The position numbers were made by a program, and so were the translations under genes. From Hyphomicrobiales bacterium (GTDB lineage: Bacteria; Pseudomonadota; Alphaproteobacteria; Rhizobiales; Xanthobacteraceae), in the NCBI GenBank assembly GCA_016185205.1, contig JACPOA010000018.1:59914-123913 (forward strand): DNA of 64,000 nucleotides, written 5' to 3'. The notes beneath the pieces are model-generated. The model was not told where the DNA came from. It did no database searches and saw only the letters and a list, made by a program, of their open reading frames with translations. Below are positions 23,272 to 32,553 of the stretch, one piece after another. The first letter of the stretch is position 1. Each line of letters begins with the position of its first letter.

Positions 23272-24216
23272 ATGAAGAAGACGGTGATCGTAGCCCTGGG
23301 TGGCAACCTGTTCGTCTCGGACGAGACGCATCAGTCGGTGCCCGACCAGTACCGCGCCGCGGAGCGGGCCTGCGCACATATCGTGCCGCTGCTGCGCGAT
23401 CCGGAGCTGCGTCTCGTCGTGACGCACGGGAACGGCCCGCAGGTCGGGTTCATCCTGCGCCGCTCCGAGCTGGCCGCCCTGGAGCTGCACCAGGTGCCGC
23501 TCGACGCCTGCGTTGCCGACACGCAGGGCGCGCTCGGCTACCAGATTGAGCGCGCGCTGCGCAACGAGCTTCGGCGCCACCGCCTGGCCAGGTCGCCCGC
23601 CGCCGTAGTGACACTCGTACTGGTCGACCGGGACGATCCCGCCTTCAGCCATCCCACCAAGCCCATCGGCGCCTTCCTCTCGAAGGAGCGCGCCGAGGAA
23701 CACCGGCAGAAGGACGGCTGGGACGTGGTGGAGGACGCCGGGCGCGGCTGGCGGCGTGTCGTGGCCTCTCCCACGCCTAAGGCCATCCTCGACCTCGAAG
23801 CGGTCCGCAGCCTGCTCGATGCCGGCTTTGTTGTTGTTGCCGCCGGCGGCGGCGGCATCGCCGTGGTCGAGGACCCGAGCGGCGACATCTTTGGCGCGTC
23901 CGCCGTCGTGGACAAGGACCTCGCCTCGAGCCTGCTCGCACGCCAGCTCGGCGCCGATGTGCTCGTCATCACGACGGACGTGGAAAAGGTCTGCATCGAC
24001 TATGGCAAGCCGGGGCAAAAGGCCCTCGACGCGATGACGGTGGCGGAGGCGAAGCGGTACATGGCGGAAGGGCACTTCAAGCCCGGCAGCATGCTGCCCA
24101 AGGTGCAGGCGATCATCGAGTTCCTGGGAGGCGGCGGCAAGCAGGCCATCATCACCGATCCCGAGCACATCGCCGCGGCGCTGGAAGGCAGCGGGGGCAC
24201 ACGCGTCACGCCGTGA
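23272..24216 (+). CDS. arcC: Carbamate kinase
   Basis: 'KKTVIVALGGN', 'VVTHGNGPQVG', 'VVAAGGGGI' are carbamate kinase signatures. 314 aa. Confidence 0.85.
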   Translation: MKKTVIVALGGNLFVSDETHQSVPDQYRAAERACAHIVPLLRDPELRLVVTHGNGPQVGFILRRSELAALELHQVPLDACVADTQGALGYQIERALRNELRRHRLARSPAAVVTLVLVDRDDPAFSHPTKPIGAFLSKERAEEHRQKDGWDVVEDAGRGWRRVVASPTPKAILDLEAVRSLLDAGFVVVAAGGGGIAVVEDPSGDIFGASAVVDKDLASSLLARQLGADVLVITTDVEKVCIDYGKPGQKALDAMTVAEAKRYMAEGHFKPGSMLPKVQAIIEFLGGGGKQAIITDPEHIAAALEGSGGTRVTP

Positions 24217-24255
24217 TCGGGCGAGCTGGGCACGGCGGCTGTTTGTTCGCCGGCG

Positions 24256-25659
24256 TTAGATTGTTTCCGCGTAGGCCGCACCGAATGGCTTGCGTGGCAG
24301 ATAACTGCCGGCGCCGCGCTCGGCACGCAAATCGCCGTCCGCCCAGACATGGCGTCCGCGTGCGAGCGTGTGGGTCACCACGCCCTTGATCTGCATTCCC
24401 TCCCACACCGAGAAGTCGGTGTTCTGATGCTGGGTTGCCGCGGAGAGGGTTTTCGTCCGCTCGGGATCGAGCACGATCAGGTCGGCGTCGGCGCCGACCT
24501 CCAGCGAACCCTTGCGCGGCCACAGATTGAACGCCTTGGCCGCATTCGCCGAGGTGAGGGCGACGAACCGCTCCGGCGTCAGGCGTCCGCTGTTGACTCC
24601 GAGATGCCACAGCACGTGCAGCCGCTCCTCGATCCCGCCGCAACCATTGGGAATCTTGGTGAAGTCGTTAAGGCCGAGGCGCTTCTGCGCTTTGGTGAAA
24701 CAGCAGTGATCGGTACCCGTGGTGCTGAGCGTGCCGGCCTCCACCGCCCGCCAGATCGCCTCCTGATGGCCCTTCGGCCGGTAGGGTGGGCTCATCACAT
24801 GGCCGGCGGCGATGTCGAAATTTTCCGCGCGGTAGACCGTGTCGTCGATGGCGAGAAATCCCGGCAAGGTCTCGCCGATGACTTTCACGCCGCGCCGCCT
24901 GGCTTGCCCGATGGCATCCGCGGCCTCAGCCGCCGAGACGTGCACCACGTAGAGCGGCACGTCGACAATCTCCGCCATGGTGATGGCGCGCAGCGTCGCC
25001 TCGCCCTCGCATTGCGAGGGGCGCGACAGCGCATGACCGAGCGGCGAGGTGATCCCGTCGGCCAACACTTTCTGCTGCAGATAGGCGATCAGTTCTCCGT
25101 TCTCGGCGTGCACCTGCACCAGCGCTCCGAGCTCGCGGCAGCGGCGAAAGCCGGCGATGAGGTCCTCGTCGGGCAGCATCAGGCGGCCCTTGTAGGCGAG
25201 AAAGAACTTGAAGCTGGCGATGCCGTGGTCGTTGACCAGGCTCGCCATCGCCGTGGAGAAAGCTTCGCTCCACCACGACACGGTCATGTGGAAGCCGTAG
25301 TCCACCGTCGACTTGGCCGCCCGGTCCTGCCAGATCGTCAGCGCCTCCAATGGCGATTGCCCCGGTTCGGGGCCGACGAAATCGAGGATCGTGGTGGTCC
25401 CGCCCGCCGCCGCCGCCGCCGTGCCGGTGAAGAAATCATCCGCCATGACGGTTCCCATCATCGGCAATTGCATGTGGGTGTGCGGGTCGATCCCGCCGGG
25501 CATCACGTAGCAGCCGCCGGCATCGATGACCTCAGTGCCGGCCGGCGCCGCGATCGCGTCGCCGATGGCGACGATGCGCCCGTCATGGGTGAGCATGTCG
25601 GCGCGCCGACGCCCCCGTTCCGTCACGACCGTGCCGCCTCGGATCAAATTCATCGTCAT
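24256..25659 (-). CDS. Dihydropyrimidinase / D-hydantoinase (HyuA-type cyclic amidohydrolase)
   Basis: 'VMPGGIDPHTHMQLP', 'GGTTTILDF', 'FKFFLAYKG', 'VHAENGE', 'GTDHC'. 467 aa. Confidence 0.85.
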   Translation of the reverse strand: MTMNLIRGGTVVTERGRRRADMLTHDGRIVAIGDAIAAPAGTEVIDAGGCYVMPGGIDPHTHMQLPMMGTVMADDFFTGTAAAAAGGTTTILDFVGPEPGQSPLEALTIWQDRAAKSTVDYGFHMTVSWWSEAFSTAMASLVNDHGIASFKFFLAYKGRLMLPDEDLIAGFRRCRELGALVQVHAENGELIAYLQQKVLADGITSPLGHALSRPSQCEGEATLRAITMAEIVDVPLYVVHVSAAEAADAIGQARRRGVKVIGETLPGFLAIDDTVYRAENFDIAAGHVMSPPYRPKGHQEAIWRAVEAGTLSTTGTDHCCFTKAQKRLGLNDFTKIPNGCGGIEERLHVLWHLGVNSGRLTPERFVALTSANAAKAFNLWPRKGSLEVGADADLIVLDPERTKTLSAATQHQNTDFSVWEGMQIKGVVTHTLARGRHVWADGDLRAERGAGSYLPRKPFGAAYAETI

Positions 25660-25722
25660 TGCCCACTCGGCCCCGAAACGTTCCTACGCCGGATACGTAC
25701 TCACCCTTAGTCACTGAATACT

Positions 25723-25946
25723 AGAGACTGTCTTCAGTTGAGCAAAATGATAGCGCAAGCGAGCTGCACTCCAGCGAGAAAATTTCTGGCGAGTTTGTCG
25801 TAGCGCGTAGCGATGGCGCGAAAGTGCTTGAGTTTGTTGAAGAAGTGCTCGACGAGATTGCGTTCGCAGTAGAGCGCGAAGTCGCAATTGCGCGGCGTCT
25901 TGCGATTGGCCTTGGGGGGAATCCCCCCTAACTGAAGACCGGCTCT
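25723..25946. mobile_element. Internally deleted IS5-family element (MITE-like remnant with both termini)
   Basis: Terminal inverted repeats AGAGACTGTCTTCAGTT (25723-25739) and AACTGAAGACCGGCTCT (25930-25946) match at 15/17. It encloses the last ~60 codons of a DDE transposase. TA flanks both ends if the ends are set at GAG.../...CTC. Confidence 0.75.
25735..25915 (-). pseudogene. IS5/IS427-group transposase, C-terminal fragment only
   Basis: Minus-strand translation 'KANRKTPRNCDFALYCERNLVEHFFNKLKHFRAIATRYDKLARNFLAGVQLACAIILLN*'. This is the conserved DDE_Tnp_1 C-terminus, with no N-terminal part present. Confidence 0.8.
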
Positions 25947-25949
25947 AAT

Positions 25950-26654
25950 TCACAACGACATGTTACGCGGTAATGTTGCGTGCATCATAGTCCTTGCATT
26001 GGCATAGAATCCTTCAACCAATTGCTTGACGGCGCCGTCAATGTCCGATGGCGCTTTAACGTGATACACCCATTTTCTCATGCCGATATAAAAAATGCTT
26101 CCGTGCAAGCTCCACATCAGCTCCATTTCCGGTTCGGTTATCTCCAGCTGTTCTATCGGCCGAAAGCCGAATTCGTGCCTCAGCTCGTCAATCACGGGTC
26201 TGAAGATGCGTTCGTTTGCAAGGCGAACATAACGCCGATTGATGGAAGCGCCGGCCAGTCCGGCATAAAGATAGATGCGCCCCCATTCGTATTCGAGCGG
26301 CAGCTTCGCGTAATCGGCATAGAACGCCTTGAGGCGTTCAATCAGCGGACGATTGCGGTCGGTCAACACGGCTTGCCATGTCGGACTCCAACGGCGCAGA
26401 AATACTTCCTGGTAAACCGATTCGATGAGCGCTTCTTTGCTGGGAAAATAGCGATACAAGAGTCCCTTTGAGATACCGAGATCGCTGGCCAGTTCGCGCG
26501 TTTGCCCGCTAAATCCGTGGGCGGCGAAAAAACGGATCGCTCCCTTCAGGATTTGTTCGGCGCGCAGGTTCGGCGCGAGCCGTTTACCGGATTTCTGCTT
26601 TGGCGGTTGCGATGAGTGCGCGGACTGTTTCTTAGGTTTTCGTTGCACGGACAT
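25950..26654 (-). CDS. TetR/AcrR-family transcriptional regulator
   Basis: 'ILKGAIRFFAAHGFSGQTRELASDLGISKGLLYRYFPSKEALI' TetR HTH. Confidence 0.85.
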   Translation of the reverse strand: MSVQRKPKKQSAHSSQPPKQKSGKRLAPNLRAEQILKGAIRFFAAHGFSGQTRELASDLGISKGLLYRYFPSKEALIESVYQEVFLRRWSPTWQAVLTDRNRPLIERLKAFYADYAKLPLEYEWGRIYLYAGLAGASINRRYVRLANERIFRPVIDELRHEFGFRPIEQLEITEPEMELMWSLHGSIFYIGMRKWVYHVKAPSDIDGAVKQLVEGFYANARTMMHATLPRNMSL

Positions 26655-26735
26655 TTTTCGAATTTCTGGTCAGTGTCATGAGCCCTAATCCATCCGGTAT
26701 GTCGGGCTTGCCATTGACTCTATAGCACAGCCTGT

Positions 26736-26757
26736 TTAATGAGCGTATGCTCAATAA
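26736..26757. promoter_or_regulatory. Candidate TetR operator
   Basis: 22-bp imperfect palindrome TTAATGAGC-GTAT-GCTCAATAA (one arm mismatch) in the tetR / acyl-CoA dehydrogenase divergent gap. Confidence 0.4.
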
Positions 26758-26808
26758 GAAGATTATCTTGATTACACCGCAATTACATAGAGCGTAAAGC
26801 AACCGGCC

Positions 26809-27993
26809 ATGCAAAATATCTTCATCCAGAATGAAAATCAGCGCATGATTCTAGGGACCGTAAAGCGGTTTGTCGACGCTGAGGTCAGGCCGCGCGCGGC
26901 GGCGCTCGATGCCCAGCAGGATCCCGAAAAAAGTTTTTCCTGGGAGATCGTCGAACGGGCGAACGAAGTCGGTATCCGCACCATGACGCTCGACGAGAAA
27001 TGGGGCGGTCTCGGAACGGATTCGCTGACCACGTCCATGGTGATCGAGGAGCTGGGCAAGGGCGACATCGGGGTTTCGGTCATCTTTGCGCAAACCCTGA
27101 AGATCGCGCAGATCATGCAGAATGCGCTCAACGACGAGCAAAAGGCGCGCGTGCTGCCGGGCTTTGCCAAAGACCCCCGCGGCATGCTGGCGATCGGCAT
27201 TACCGAGCCGGATAACGCCTCTAATTATTTTCTGCCCTATCCAACCTCGTTCCGCACCACGGGGCAAAAGACAAACGGCGGCTGGATCGTCAACGGCATG
27301 AAGCACTTCATCTCGAACGGCAATCGCTCCAGCCATTACCTTTTGTTCGTGCAGACCGAAAAGGGAAAGCCGTTGGCCGAAGGCAGCACCTGCTTTCTGG
27401 TGGAGCGGGATCGGCCCGGGTTCACCATCGGCCGCGTGCACGACAAGATGGGCGAGCGCCTTGCCAACAATGCCGAGCTTGTCTTCCAGGACTGCTTCAT
27501 CCCCGACGAAAACGTCGTCGGCAAGGTCGGCAAAGGTTTTGGCGTCCTGGCGGAATTCTTCCCGCAGTCCAACGCCTATGCCGGCGCCACCATCCTCGGC
27601 GTTGCTGTCGCCCTGCATGAAAAGGCCATCGATTGGGCCAAAGTTCGTGTCCAGGGCGGCAAGCCGCTGATCGAGCACGATGGTATCCGCGCGCAATTGG
27701 CCGAGATGCGCATGCTGATCGACGCCTCGCGCTCCTACATCCATCGCGCCTGCTGGCTTGCCGACCACCAGGACCACGGCTGGGACAAGACCCTGGGGGT
27801 GCTTCCCAAGGCGATGGCGTCGCAGGCGGCGTGGAAGATCGCCACCTGGTGTCTCGAGATCCATGGCGGCCACGGCTACATGAAGGAATTCGGCGTCGAA
27901 AAGCTGGTGCGCGACGCGGCGGCGTTCCTGCATTCGGACGGCGTCAACCGGACACTGTTTCTCAAGGCTGCCAATTTCATGTTCCAGAAGTAG
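26809..27993 (+). CDS. Acyl-CoA dehydrogenase-family flavoprotein, paralogue 1
   Basis: ACAD N, middle and C-terminal domains ('GITEPDNASNY', 'NGMKHFISN', 'EIHGGHGYMKEFGVEKLVRDA'). Confidence 0.8.
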   Translation: MQNIFIQNENQRMILGTVKRFVDAEVRPRAAALDAQQDPEKSFSWEIVERANEVGIRTMTLDEKWGGLGTDSLTTSMVIEELGKGDIGVSVIFAQTLKIAQIMQNALNDEQKARVLPGFAKDPRGMLAIGITEPDNASNYFLPYPTSFRTTGQKTNGGWIVNGMKHFISNGNRSSHYLLFVQTEKGKPLAEGSTCFLVERDRPGFTIGRVHDKMGERLANNAELVFQDCFIPDENVVGKVGKGFGVLAEFFPQSNAYAGATILGVAVALHEKAIDWAKVRVQGGKPLIEHDGIRAQLAEMRMLIDASRSYIHRACWLADHQDHGWDKTLGVLPKAMASQAAWKIATWCLEIHGGHGYMKEFGVEKLVRDAAAFLHSDGVNRTLFLKAANFMFQK

Positions 27994-28038
27994 GTGCTGT
28001 TTCGTCGCCGCAGCGCGGTCAATCAGTAGGGGATCGCA

Positions 28039-29223
28039 ATGGAGGGCCTCTTCGTACAGACCGAGAACCAGCGCGCTTTCGTCGAGACCGTCGGGCGGTT
28101 TGTCGAAGAGGAGGTCGTGCCGCGGGCAGCGGCGCTTGACGCCGAGCCAGACCCGGCAAAATGCTATTCCTGGGACATTGTCGAAAAGGCGCACGCGCTC
28201 GGCGTCCGTACCATGACCCTCGACGAGAAGTGGGGCGGGCTGGGCGCCGATCCGCTGACCACCGCCATGGTGATCGAGGAGCTGAGCAAGGGCGATCTCG
28301 GCGTTGCCATAACCCTGGGCCAGACCCTGAAGCTCGCGCAGATATTCCAGAGCGGGCTCAACGAAGAACAGAAGGCGCGCGTGCTGCCGGGGTTTTCGAA
28401 GGACCCGCGCGGGATGCTGGCGATCGGCATCACCGAACCCGACAACGCCTCGAACTATCTGGTGCCTTATCCGGCGCCGTTCCGTACCGTCGCCGTGAAA
28501 ACCAACGGCGGGTGGATCGTCAACGGCATGAAGCACTTCATTTCCAATGCCAATCGGGCAAGTCACTTCTTATTTTTCGCCCAGACCGAGAAGGGCAAGC
28601 CGATGACGGCAGGCTCGACCTGTTTTCTGGTCGAACGCGACCGCGCCGGTTTCACGATTGGCCGCGTGCACGACAAGATGGGTGAGCGTCTGGCCAACAA
28701 CGCCGAGATGATTTTCCAGGATTGCTATATCCCGGATGAAAACGTCGTCGGCAAAGTCGGCGACGGCTTTAACGAACTCGCCAAGTTCATGCCGTGGTCG
28801 AATGCCTATGGCGGCGCCACGATCCTGGGCGTCGCGGTGGCTTTGCACAAGAAAGCCGTCGATTGGGCCAAGGTGCGGGTGCAAGGCGGCAAGCTGCTAA
28901 TCGAACATGACGGCATCCGCGCTCAGCTCGCCGAGATGCGCATGCTGATCGACGCTTCGCGGGCCTATATCCATCGCGCCTGCTGGCTTGCCGTTCACCC
29001 TGAGCACGGCTGGGACAAGACGCTGGGCGCGCTTCCCAAGGTGATGGCGTCGCAGGCGACGTGGAAGATCGCCACCTGGTGTCTCGAGATCCACGGCGGT
29101 CACGGCTACATGAAGGAGTTCGGCGTGGAGAAGCTGGTGCGCGACGCGGCGGCCTATCTACATTCGGACGGCGTCAACCGGACGCTTTTCCTCAAGGCGG
29201 CCAACTTCATGTTTCAGAAATAA
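28039..29223 (+). CDS. Acyl-CoA dehydrogenase-family flavoprotein, paralogue 2 (tandem duplicate)
   Basis: Same length (394 aa) as paralogue 1 and roughly four-fifths identical to it by eye. Confidence 0.8.
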   Translation: MEGLFVQTENQRAFVETVGRFVEEEVVPRAAALDAEPDPAKCYSWDIVEKAHALGVRTMTLDEKWGGLGADPLTTAMVIEELSKGDLGVAITLGQTLKLAQIFQSGLNEEQKARVLPGFSKDPRGMLAIGITEPDNASNYLVPYPAPFRTVAVKTNGGWIVNGMKHFISNANRASHFLFFAQTEKGKPMTAGSTCFLVERDRAGFTIGRVHDKMGERLANNAEMIFQDCYIPDENVVGKVGDGFNELAKFMPWSNAYGGATILGVAVALHKKAVDWAKVRVQGGKLLIEHDGIRAQLAEMRMLIDASRAYIHRACWLAVHPEHGWDKTLGALPKVMASQATWKIATWCLEIHGGHGYMKEFGVEKLVRDAAAYLHSDGVNRTLFLKAANFMFQK

Positions 29224-29250
29224 TCTTGCTCTCCGGCTAAAGGCACGATC

Positions 29251-30291
29251 ATGAAAGCACTGGTACTGAAAGGGCCGAACGCGCCATTCGAAATGAGGCA
29301 GGTTCCCGATCCGGTGGCCGGACCGGGAGAGGCCGTCGCGCATGTTCTTGCCTGCGGCTCCGGACTGACCATTCAGCACGTCAAGGCCGGCCGCTTGCCG
29401 GTGCAGTTTCCTCGTATCATCGGGCATGAGATCACGGCCGAAATCGTCGAAGTCGGTGTCGGTGTCAGCAGTCTTGCCGTCGGCGACGCGGTGACGGCCT
29501 ACGCTTACTTGAATTGCGGCCATTGCCGCTGGTGCCTGAGCATGCTGGAGCCGCTGTGTGAGAACACCGGCGGCGGAACCGGGATGGTCGGCATGAGTTG
29601 CGATGGCGGCTATGCCGAGTACATCAAGCTTCCGGCGCATGTCTTCATCAAACTGCCGGAGGGCTTGGACTACAAAGCGCACCCGGCTGAAATCGGCGTC
29701 GTCACCGATGCGCTGGCGACGCCTTATAAAGTTTTACGCCGCGCGCAGGTTAAAGCTGGAGAAACGGTCGCCGTATTCGGCGCCGGAGGCGGCGTCGGCA
29801 TCCATCAACTGATGTTGGCAAAGTGGGCCCGCGCCAAGGTGATCGCCGTCGATGTCGCCGCCGACAAGTTCGACGCCTGTCGCAAGGCCGGCGCCGACGA
29901 GGTGGTCGATGCCTCGACCTGCGATGCGGCGGAGGCGCTGCTCGATCTCACCGGCGGCCGCGGCGTCGATGTCGCCATCGATTATGTATCGGTCACCTCG
30001 ACCTTGGAAGCCGCCGCCAAGGCGCTCGGCCGCCGCGGTCGTCTGGTCACGCTGGGCGGCGCCGGAAAATCGTTCCAGGTGTCGGCCTTCGACATGTTGT
30101 ACAAGGAGCAGGCTTTGCTGGGCAGCCGCTACGTCACGCGCGTCGAGGTGCTTGAGACGTTCGATCTGGTCGCGCGCGGCGAGATATGGCCTCTGGTTAG
30201 CGACATCCGGCCGTGGACAGAGGCCGAGGCAGTGCACGCGCGCGTGGAACGCGGCGAGGTCATAGGGCGCGCCGCACTTCTTATCGGCTAG
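29251..30291 (+). CDS. Zn-dependent alcohol dehydrogenase (MDR family)
   Basis: 'GHEITAEIVEVG', structural-Zn motif 'CGHCRWCLSMLEPLC', Rossmann motif 'VFGAGGGVG'. Confidence 0.85.
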   Translation: MKALVLKGPNAPFEMRQVPDPVAGPGEAVAHVLACGSGLTIQHVKAGRLPVQFPRIIGHEITAEIVEVGVGVSSLAVGDAVTAYAYLNCGHCRWCLSMLEPLCENTGGGTGMVGMSCDGGYAEYIKLPAHVFIKLPEGLDYKAHPAEIGVVTDALATPYKVLRRAQVKAGETVAVFGAGGGVGIHQLMLAKWARAKVIAVDVAADKFDACRKAGADEVVDASTCDAAEALLDLTGGRGVDVAIDYVSVTSTLEAAAKALGRRGRLVTLGGAGKSFQVSAFDMLYKEQALLGSRYVTRVEVLETFDLVARGEIWPLVSDIRPWTEAEAVHARVERGEVIGRAALLIG

Positions 30292-30321
30292 CCTGCACAG
30301 GCAAAACCTGAAGGACATTGG

Positions 30322-31497
30322 ATGTTCACCGCCACAAAAGACAAGGCGCTTCTCACCACCACCACCGGGGCGCTGCCGCGGCCCAGCTGGTACACCGAAA
30401 ACCTGCGCGGCATCCCGCTGTCGCAAGGCTTCTCCCGCCTGGCCTATCGCGAGCAGCATTTCGACTGCCTGGCCTGCCACGTGGCGGCGCAACATCGCGC
30501 CGGCATCGATATCATGGTGGACGGCGACACCAGGCTCGACGATGACGTCGCCGGGCGGGCCTGGGTCAGCTACGTCACCGAACGCGTCGCCGGCATCGGA
30601 GCGCCGCGCGTGGAAGTGCCGCCGGCGGGCTTCATGGCCGACAAGGGCCCCGGCGACCTGATGTGGGAAGTGATCGAGACCCGCATGACGCCGCCGGTGA
30701 CCGGCAAGATCGGCGAAACATCGCTGCAGCTCGACCGCGCCTACAAGGCGATCGCGCCGATGACCGACAAGCCGGTGAAGATCGGCTCGATCTCGGCGCA
30801 GATATTGGCGCTGATGCTGACCAACGAGCATTACAAGGACCGGCTCGATCTACTGATGGATCTGTCGGCCGCGCTCAACCGCGAATATCACGCGCTCGCC
30901 GATACCGGCGCGCCGCTGGTGCAGATCGAGGAGCCGGCGATCCATCAGATCGTCTCCGATCCCCGGCAGAAACCGCAGCAATGGGTCGATGCGTTCAATG
31001 TCGAGGTGAAGGGCCTGCGCGACAAATGCGAGGTGTGGTGCCACACCTGCTGGGGCAGTCCGGCGGCGCAGCGGGTAGCCAGCAAGGATCAATCCTACAA
31101 GGCGGCATTGCCTTATTTCGATCAGCTCGACGTCGATGTAATCACGGTCGAGGGCGCTTTCAACAAGGGCATGGACCTCGAGCATGTCGGCACCATGATC
31201 TCGAAGAGCAAGAAGATCGCGCTCGGCGTCATCAGCCACCGCACGCTGCAAGTGGAGCGGCCGGAGGAGATCGCCGAGCTCATTCGCCGCGCGCTGAAAT
31301 ATATCGAGCCGGAGCGGCTGATCCTGACCAGCGATTGCGGCTTCGGCCGCCAGTCGATGAGCCGCATGCACGCGTTCTACAAGATGGTGGCGCTCACGCG
31401 CGGCACCAATATCGTGCGCAAGGAGCTTGGACTGCCGGAAGCCTATATCCCTGCCACCGACGCGAAATTGTCGATGGTGCCGCTGGCGGGCCGATGA
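30322..31497 (+). CDS. Cobalamin-independent methionine-synthase-like (MetE C-terminal / UROD-fold) Zn methyltransferase family protein
   Basis: 'TGALPRPSWY', 'VDGDTRLDD', Zn-ligand-like 'WCHTCWG' and 'LTSDCGFG'. Confidence 0.7.
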   Translation: MFTATKDKALLTTTTGALPRPSWYTENLRGIPLSQGFSRLAYREQHFDCLACHVAAQHRAGIDIMVDGDTRLDDDVAGRAWVSYVTERVAGIGAPRVEVPPAGFMADKGPGDLMWEVIETRMTPPVTGKIGETSLQLDRAYKAIAPMTDKPVKIGSISAQILALMLTNEHYKDRLDLLMDLSAALNREYHALADTGAPLVQIEEPAIHQIVSDPRQKPQQWVDAFNVEVKGLRDKCEVWCHTCWGSPAAQRVASKDQSYKAALPYFDQLDVDVITVEGAFNKGMDLEHVGTMISKSKKIALGVISHRTLQVERPEEIAELIRRALKYIEPERLILTSDCGFGRQSMSRMHAFYKMVALTRGTNIVRKELGLPEAYIPATDAKLSMVPLAGR

Positions 31498-31560
31498 CCT
31501 CATAGTGCAAACTCATGATTAGCGATTGATCCATCGCGACAGCCGCGGAACGTCAGTCTC

Positions 31561-32553
31561 ATGCGCCCTCGAATTTTTGTGACGCAGCCGATTGCCGAAA
31601 GCGCACTTGCGCGGCTTCGCGCGGTTGCCGAGGTGACGGTTAATTCCGACAGCAGTTGCATCCTCCCGAAGGACAAGCTCTGTGCCGCCGTGCGCGAGCA
31701 CGACATCTTGTTCGCGCTGCTGCACGATACGGTCGATAGCGACGTCTTGACCGCGAACCCGAAGCTCAAGGCGGTGGCATCCATGTCGGCCAATGCCGAC
31801 CGGATCGACGTGGCGGTCGCGACGGCGCTCAAGATTCCCGTCACCGTGATCCTGCCGATCGCCGTTACGGAATCGACCGCCGACTTGCATTTCGCTCTCC
31901 TGCTCTCGGTGGCCCGCCGCGTTGTGGAGGGCGACCGGCTCATTCGCGCCGGATCCTTTCCGGGCGCGCAGTCCAATCTTCTCGCGGGCACGTGGGTCTA
32001 CGGCAAGGTGCTCGGTCTTGTTGGCGGCAAGGGACGGATTGGCCAAGCCGTGGCGCGGCGCGCGCTCGGCTTCGGGATGCGCATCCTCTATTCGGGCCCG
32101 CACCGCATGCCCGAGGCCGATGAGGCCAAGTTCGGCATGGCTTACGTCTCGCTCGACCAGTTGTTGGCCGAATCCGATTTTGTCTCATTGCATCCGGCGC
32201 TCAAGGCCGAAACGCGCCATATGATTGGCGAGCGTGAGCTCCGGCTCATGAAGCGCACTGCATTTTTGATCAATACGGCGCGTGGCCCCATCGTGGACGA
32301 GAAAGTGCTCGCCAAGATCCTTGCGGAAAATCGGATCGCGGGGGCAGCACTTGACGTTTTCGAGAATGAGCCCGTCGTTGAGCCGGCGCTTTTAAAACTG
32401 ACGAATGTCGTGCTGACCCCGCATCTCGGCAGCGCGATCATGGAAGTCCGCGAAACATTGGCGCATGTCGTGGTCGATAACATCATGGCAATCCTCGCGG
32501 GACGACAGCCGCCGAACTGCTTCAACCCGGAAGTCTATACGGTCGAGCGATGA
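31561..32553 (+). CDS. D-isomer-specific 2-hydroxyacid dehydrogenase (glyoxylate/hydroxypyruvate reductase-like)
   Basis: 'GLVGGKGRIGQAVARRA', 'NTARGPIVDE', 'LDVFENEP', 'VLTPHLGSA'. Confidence 0.85.
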   Translation: MRPRIFVTQPIAESALARLRAVAEVTVNSDSSCILPKDKLCAAVREHDILFALLHDTVDSDVLTANPKLKAVASMSANADRIDVAVATALKIPVTVILPIAVTESTADLHFALLLSVARRVVEGDRLIRAGSFPGAQSNLLAGTWVYGKVLGLVGGKGRIGQAVARRALGFGMRILYSGPHRMPEADEAKFGMAYVSLDQLLAESDFVSLHPALKAETRHMIGERELRLMKRTAFLINTARGPIVDEKVLAKILAENRIAGAALDVFENEPVVEPALLKLTNVVLTPHLGSAIMEVRETLAHVVVDNIMAILAGRQPPNCFNPEVYTVER

